A DNA stretch of 16,841 nt from a virus: the IMG/VR virus record IMGVR_UViG_3300037510_000249, one strand, 5' to 3'. The position numbers and the translations under genes are program-made. Under the pieces are notes generated by a model that did no database searches, was not told the DNA's origin, and worked only from the letters and a program-made list of their open reading frames with translations. Numbering within the stretch: position 1 is the first letter of the stretch; every line of letters starts with the position of its first letter. Positions 13,601-16,841 of the stretch are shown one piece after another.

Positions 13601-15238
13601 TCAGCCGATCGAATGCAGTCCGGCGCGCTTCACCGGGGCGGGGATCGTGCGGGCCAGCTGCACGGCTCCGGCCATGGCGTACGCCGCGGTGACGTGGCCC
13701 GCCCCGTCGCGGCGCGCGACCACCCAGGCTCCGCCGTCGCCCAGCGACACCTTCTCGCTGTTCTCGAGGTGCTGGCGCGCGAGGTCCTGGCCGGCCTGGG
13801 CCAGCTTGCCGGCGCGCATGAGCGACGCGAACCCCATCACCGCGGCGGAGGCCTCGCCCTTGATCTCGGTCACCCGGATGCCGCGCGGTGGCCACCCGCG
13901 GCGCACGCGGCCGCGGGGCTGGGCGAGCTCGGCGTTCAGGGCCTCCGCCGCGGTCTTGGGGAACCACCCGAACACGTACGGCCGCACCCGGGCGAGCCAC
14001 GTGAGCACGTCCTCGCGGCCGTCGCCGCCGTCGCGGACCTGGTCGACCGACGACCAGGACGCGACCACCTCGACGCGCACGCGCCCGTCGGGCAGCACCG
14101 CGGCGACGGCCAGGGCGGCATGGTCGAGGTCCGGCGCGACGTCGAGGCACGCGGCGATGCGGCCGCGGTATCCCTCGAGCGTGCCGACGTCGAGGCAGCG
14201 GCCCCAGGCCGCGAGGTCGAACGCCGCTGTCATCGACCGGACCCAGATGCACATGGCCTCGGTCTTGAACTTGGCCAGGGCCTCGCCGCCGGCGTGCACG
14301 GCCTTGCGGGCCGCGCCGAGCAGGGCGTCAGGGTCGATGCGGTGGTAGAGGTTCGGGTTGGCCAGGGCCAGGGCGTCGACGTCGAGGGGGTCGGCGTCCT
14401 CCGGGCACGACCAGGAGAACAGGCCGGAGCGGTAGTCGCCCGGGGCGTCGTGCAGCAGCTCCGCGACGTGCTCCGCGCCGACTTCGTCGACCCAGGTGGT
14501 GAAGGCGGTGGCCTCGTTCATGAGGTCGGACATCACCACGGAGCGGGCGTCGCCGGCGTTGCTGATGGCCCACACCTGAAAGTGGCGCACCGCGTTGCCG
14601 GCGTTCACCGACGCCGCCCAGGCTGAGTAGTCGTGGTGCTGGCGGAGCTCGTCGAGGATGAGCCGGTGAACGGTGAGGGAGCGGCCGCCTTCCTCGTTGC
14701 TGGGGGCGATCTTGTACCGGGCCCCGTTCGTCGTCCATGACTCCTGCTCGCCGTTGGCCTCCCGGGTCCACCGGCGGGCACGCTGACGTCGCAGCGACGG
14801 CGCGGCCTCCGCCACCCGGACGGCCTTGTGCCACGACTCCTTGGCGTAGTCCAGTTTGGTCGAGGTGCCGAGCACCATCTCGACGTCGCACACGAACTGC
14901 CACCACAGCGACAGGATCACCAGCAGCGTCGTCTTGCCGTTCTGCCGCGCGACCTCGACGGTGAGGATGCGGAACCGCGGCCGCCCGTCGGGCAGCAGCT
15001 CGAGGCCGTGGATCAGGGCCCAGCGTTCCCAGGGGTCGGCCGGGAAGTGCAGCACCGTCGCCGCCCAGTCGACGACGTCGAAGCCGTACGACGTGTCGGG
15101 GGTCAGCGCGCACCCGCACCCGCACGGCCCCGGGGGGCCCGTCACAAGGGGCGGGGTGAAGATCCGCGGGGTGACGCTACCCGTTGCCGGCCTGGCGCTC
15201 GGCGAACCGCCGGCGGTGCTCGTCGTGGCTCGCGTCAT
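13601..15238 (-). CDS. terL: Terminase large subunit, 545 aa
   Basis: Walker A-like VARQNGKTT. DPWERWALIHGLELLPDG sits at the N-terminus. Size and position fit, just upstream of the portal. ATG 15238 with GGGGGTGA upstream overlaps terS by 62 nt. A later start (GTG ~15147) is possible. Confidence 0.85.
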   Translation of the reverse strand: MTRATTSTAGGSPSARPATGSVTPRIFTPPLVTGPPGPCGCGCALTPDTSYGFDVVDWAATVLHFPADPWERWALIHGLELLPDGRPRFRILTVEVARQNGKTTLLVILSLWWQFVCDVEMVLGTSTKLDYAKESWHKAVRVAEAAPSLRRQRARRWTREANGEQESWTTNGARYKIAPSNEEGGRSLTVHRLILDELRQHHDYSAWAASVNAGNAVRHFQVWAISNAGDARSVVMSDLMNEATAFTTWVDEVGAEHVAELLHDAPGDYRSGLFSWSCPEDADPLDVDALALANPNLYHRIDPDALLGAARKAVHAGGEALAKFKTEAMCIWVRSMTAAFDLAAWGRCLDVGTLEGYRGRIAACLDVAPDLDHAALAVAAVLPDGRVRVEVVASWSSVDQVRDGGDGREDVLTWLARVRPYVFGWFPKTAAEALNAELAQPRGRVRRGWPPRGIRVTEIKGEASAAVMGFASLMRAGKLAQAGQDLARQHLENSEKVSLGDGGAWVVARRDGAGHVTAAYAMAGAVQLARTIPAPVKRAGLHSIG

Positions 15239-15512
15239 CGGCGCTCACCCCCTGCGGTGAGCCGACCGTGCCGCCGGCCGTCGCACCGCGGCCGGCGCGG
15301 GTGAGCCCCAGCGCGGTGAGCGTACGGAGGTACTGCGGGCCGGCGACCTTGATGATCTCGAGGCGCGTCTCGAGGCCGGCGAGGTTGTCCGCGGTGTCGG
15401 CCGCGGCGTCGAGCAGGCCGGCCAGGACGTCGGCCAGCGCGGCCCCTGCAGCGTCGGAATCCGGAAGCTGGGCAGCGCGGAGCGATGCGCGGAGTTTGCT
15501 GCGGTTGCTCAC
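15177..15512 (-). CDS. terS: Terminase small subunit (putative), 111 aa
   Basis: Position immediately upstream of, and overlapping, terL. Ala/Leu-rich helical protein ending in a basic tail. GTG start without a clear SD. Confidence 0.55.
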   Translation of the reverse strand: MSNRSKLRASLRAAQLPDSDAAGAALADVLAGLLDAAADTADNLAGLETRLEIIKVAGPQYLRTLTALGLTRAGRGATAGGTVGSPQGVSADDASHDEHRRRFAERQAGNG

Positions 15513-15603
15513 GGTATGCGCCGCGGATGCAGCCGATGCCGGGGAGAGAGAGAGGACAGGGCGCGGGTGTCCGGCCCCCCCACCTGCGGGAAAAATCCGG
15601 CCG

Positions 15604-15843
15604 TCATCGATCGAACTCGATGCGAGCCGCGCGGTTTCGCCGCGTTTCCGCGCGATTCTCGGCCGTTTCGGCCCCGATCTCGACCGATCCGGGCAGCGGC
15701 ACGCACGGCGTCCCGTCGGTGACGTGCAAGATCAACGCGCGCACCGCGCGGCCGACCTCAGCGTCTCCGCCCTCCACCCGGGCCGCGCATCCACACGGGG
15801 CCGACATCCACACCCGTCCGTGATCACCGACTAGCCGGATCAT
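15604..15843 (-). CDS. Doubtful small ORF (79 aa) between the HNH and terS genes
   Basis: ATG 15843 has GAGGG 8 nt upstream. Codon-position GC bias is only weak (hand count: GC3 about 78% versus about 90% in clear genes). Its 3' third is a read-through of the GTTTC repeats (AETAENRAETRRNRA). Confidence 0.3.
   Translation of the reverse strand: MIRLVGDHGRVWMSAPCGCAARVEGGDAEVGRAVRALILHVTDGTPCVPLPGSVEIGAETAENRAETRRNRAARIEFDR
15630..15672. repeat. Three helically phased GTTTC/GAAAC motifs in short GC palindromes
   Basis: gtttc occurs at 15634, 15644 and 15665 (spacings 10 and 21 nt), within cgcggtttcgccgcg, gcgtttccgcgc and ggccgtttcggcc. Confidence 0.7.
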
Positions 15844-15853
15844 GTCCACGCCC

Positions 15854-16162
15854 TCACGCCCCCCAGTCCGTCACCGGCTTGGCCTCCGGTTCCACCACCA
15901 CGGTAGGCCGCCCGATCTTGAGATTGCACGTCTCGCACGCACCGACGATGTGGGCCGGATCGTCGCCTGTGACCTCCCTGCCGAGCGTGTGGTGCGCATG
16001 GTCCATCCGTCCCTCGCAGGCGTGCGCGGCCGCCCCAGCGCGCGCACAGTGCCCTTCCTCGTGCGCCCTGCAGCCCCAGCCTTGGGAGCGGTCACGGGCC
16101 AGCACCTCGGCGCGGATGCGCCGCCATGCCCTCGTGCTTCCCCGTGACCAGGATTCGGACAT
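15854..16162 (-). CDS. HNH endonuclease, 102 aa (terminase-associated type)
   Basis: MSESWSRGSTRAWRRIRAEVLARD...GWGCRAH...HAHH...CETCNLKIG shows HNH/Cys-box features. ATG 16162 has AAGGGAAG upstream. The track start at 16207 is a GTG without an SD. Confidence 0.8.
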   Translation of the reverse strand: MSESWSRGSTRAWRRIRAEVLARDRSQGWGCRAHEEGHCARAGAAAHACEGRMDHAHHTLGREVTGDDPAHIVGACETCNLKIGRPTVVVEPEAKPVTDWGA

Positions 16163-16211
16163 CTCGCTCTTACTTCCCTTCTCGATGGGAGGTTGGGGAC
16201 GGTGCACCCCA

Positions 16212-16245
16212 CCCCTGCTCGAGCGTGGACGTGCTCGAGCAGGGG
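16212..16245. repeat. 13-bp perfect inverted repeat / hairpin upstream of the HNH gene
   Basis: cccctgctcgagc (16212-16224) pairs with gctcgagcagggg (16233-16245), with an 8-nt loop. Confidence 0.8.
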
Positions 16246-16547
16246 CGGGGGATGATCTCGACGGTCGGAAGTCCGACGTACGCAGAGCTCACCGCGCGGC
16301 CCATTACGGCCGCGCCAGGGCGGGGTGTGTCGGGGACTCTCCTGCGTACGGCCGGCCTCCGCTCGAGCGCCGGAGCGGCCTGTCGGGAGGTCGGAGCCAT
16401 CCGTACGCACACCCTCTGCGGGTGGCGGCCTGGGCCTGCCGTCTATGCGCCCGGGTCGCCCCGGGAGTCAACAGCCGCGCGGTGCCCGACTCCATTCTCA
16501 CGAATTGACCTTCTGAGGGACGGCTCGCGGAACCGGTCGCTTGGTAC

Positions 16548-16568
16548 GAATGTGCGAATGGCACATTC
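16548..16568. repeat. 8-bp inverted repeat GAATGTGC-gaatg-GCACATTC (operator-like palindrome)
   Basis: Read directly. It is part of the CATTC/GAATG cluster at 16493-16674. Confidence 0.75.
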
Positions 16569-16686
16569 CCGCGGCTTCGGCCCACCCGCGGTTTCGCGCG
16601 CTGCATTCGGCGTCACCCGATGCATTTTTCATCAGCCGAAATCGATCTCGGCGGATTCTGCGCGGCAGGCATTCCGTAGTAGCCTG

Positions 16687-16841
16687 TCACTCGCTTGTTT
16701 TGTTGGCTGCGTCATAGTGATCGCCTCCGCCCGGACCCGTCAAGTCCACTGCGGAGGCGATCGCGCTTTCTGGGCCCTGATTTCGCTGTGAGCGAACACG
16801 CGGGTGAATGACGGCCTCGAGCACCGTCCGGCCGTACTCCT
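16687..16841 (-). CDS. 3' end of the same Cys-rich gene, seen again in the right terminal repeat copy
   Basis: The minus strand reads ...GGC GAT CAC TAT GAC GCA GCC AAC AAA ACA AGC GAG TGA. This tail has lower GC3 and spans the 3-50 hairpin sequence. Confidence 0.55.
   Translation of the reverse strand, partial: EYGRTVLEAVIHPRVRSQRNQGPESAIASAVDLTGPGGGDHYDAANKTSE
16715..16841. repeat. Right copy of the 127-nt terminal direct repeat
   Basis: Identical to nt 1-127. Confidence 0.95.

Noticed and set aside
13398-15125. Several 260-345-aa ORFs overlapping terL on both strands (13398-14252 -, 13589-14626 +, 14328-15125 -)
   Set aside because: They are alternative or antisense frames of the terminase gene. 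All are Arg/Pro/Gly-rich with no independent start signals.
15630-15672. GTTTC repeats as a CRISPR array or iteron-type plasmid origin
   Set aside because: The units are only about 10 nt long with no spacer structure, and no cas genes are present. Their position directly upstream of terS favours packaging-site recognition elements.
16208-16714. A tRNA gene or tRNA-derived attP core in the noncoding region
   Set aside because: I looked for T-loop-like GTTCGAATC/GTTCAAATC and a cloverleaf arrangement on both strands and found none. Without a tRNA-scanning tool this absence is only provisional.
16126-16791. 221-aa plus-strand ORF, and the minus-strand ORFs 16170-16412, 16304-16606 and 16443-16625, in the large spacer
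   Set aside because: A hand count of A/T positions by codon phase over 16261-16450 shows no 3-nt periodicity. The translations are Arg/Ser/Pro-rich. The region is better explained as regulatory or structured DNA.
1-16841. The 127-nt terminal repeat as LTRs or insertion-sequence ends of an integrated mobile element, and the window as a prophage with att sites
   Set aside because: The repeats are direct, exact and at the very contig ends, with no flanking host genes. No integrase or transposase was found. A coding ORF reads seamlessly across the junction, which fits circular closure.

Overview
High-GC (about 70% by eye) window. Its first 127 nt are identical to its last 127 nt, so it reads as one circularly closed replicon of 16,714 bp. 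The content is a complete, very small siphovirus-type actinobacterial phage genome. There are only two transcription directions. They diverge at about nt 640 and converge on a strong hairpin at 2713-2747. A short plus-strand operon (658-2674) encodes five translationally coupled proteins of unknown function. Everything else is on the minus strand. In transcription order this is: XRE-type HTH regulator, a Cys-rich protein whose ORF wraps the window junction, about 480 nt of noncoding DNA, HNH endonuclease, small and large terminase, one 1065-codon portal-protease-capsid ORF, head-tail connectors, major tail protein, tail chaperone, an HK97 gp10-like protein, a short tape measure, two tail-tip proteins, holin and an M15 endolysin. 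I could not recognise any integrase, recombinase, polymerase, primase, helicase, tRNA or CRISPR. Five observations stand out. (1) Portal, S78 protease and HK97-fold capsid are fused in one frame, with a strong internal SD-ATG exactly at the capsid boundary. (2) A tail-chaperone extension is reachable only by a +1 shift on an A4 run preceded by AAGGAGG. (3) A junction-spanning Cys-rich gene is absent from the ORF track. (4) The noncoding region holds a dense CATTC/GAATG motif cluster and long hairpins. (5) Phased GTTTC repeats and a (GA)n tract lie between the HNH and terS genes and may mark the packaging site. All protein calls rest on motif recognition by eye, not on database searches.
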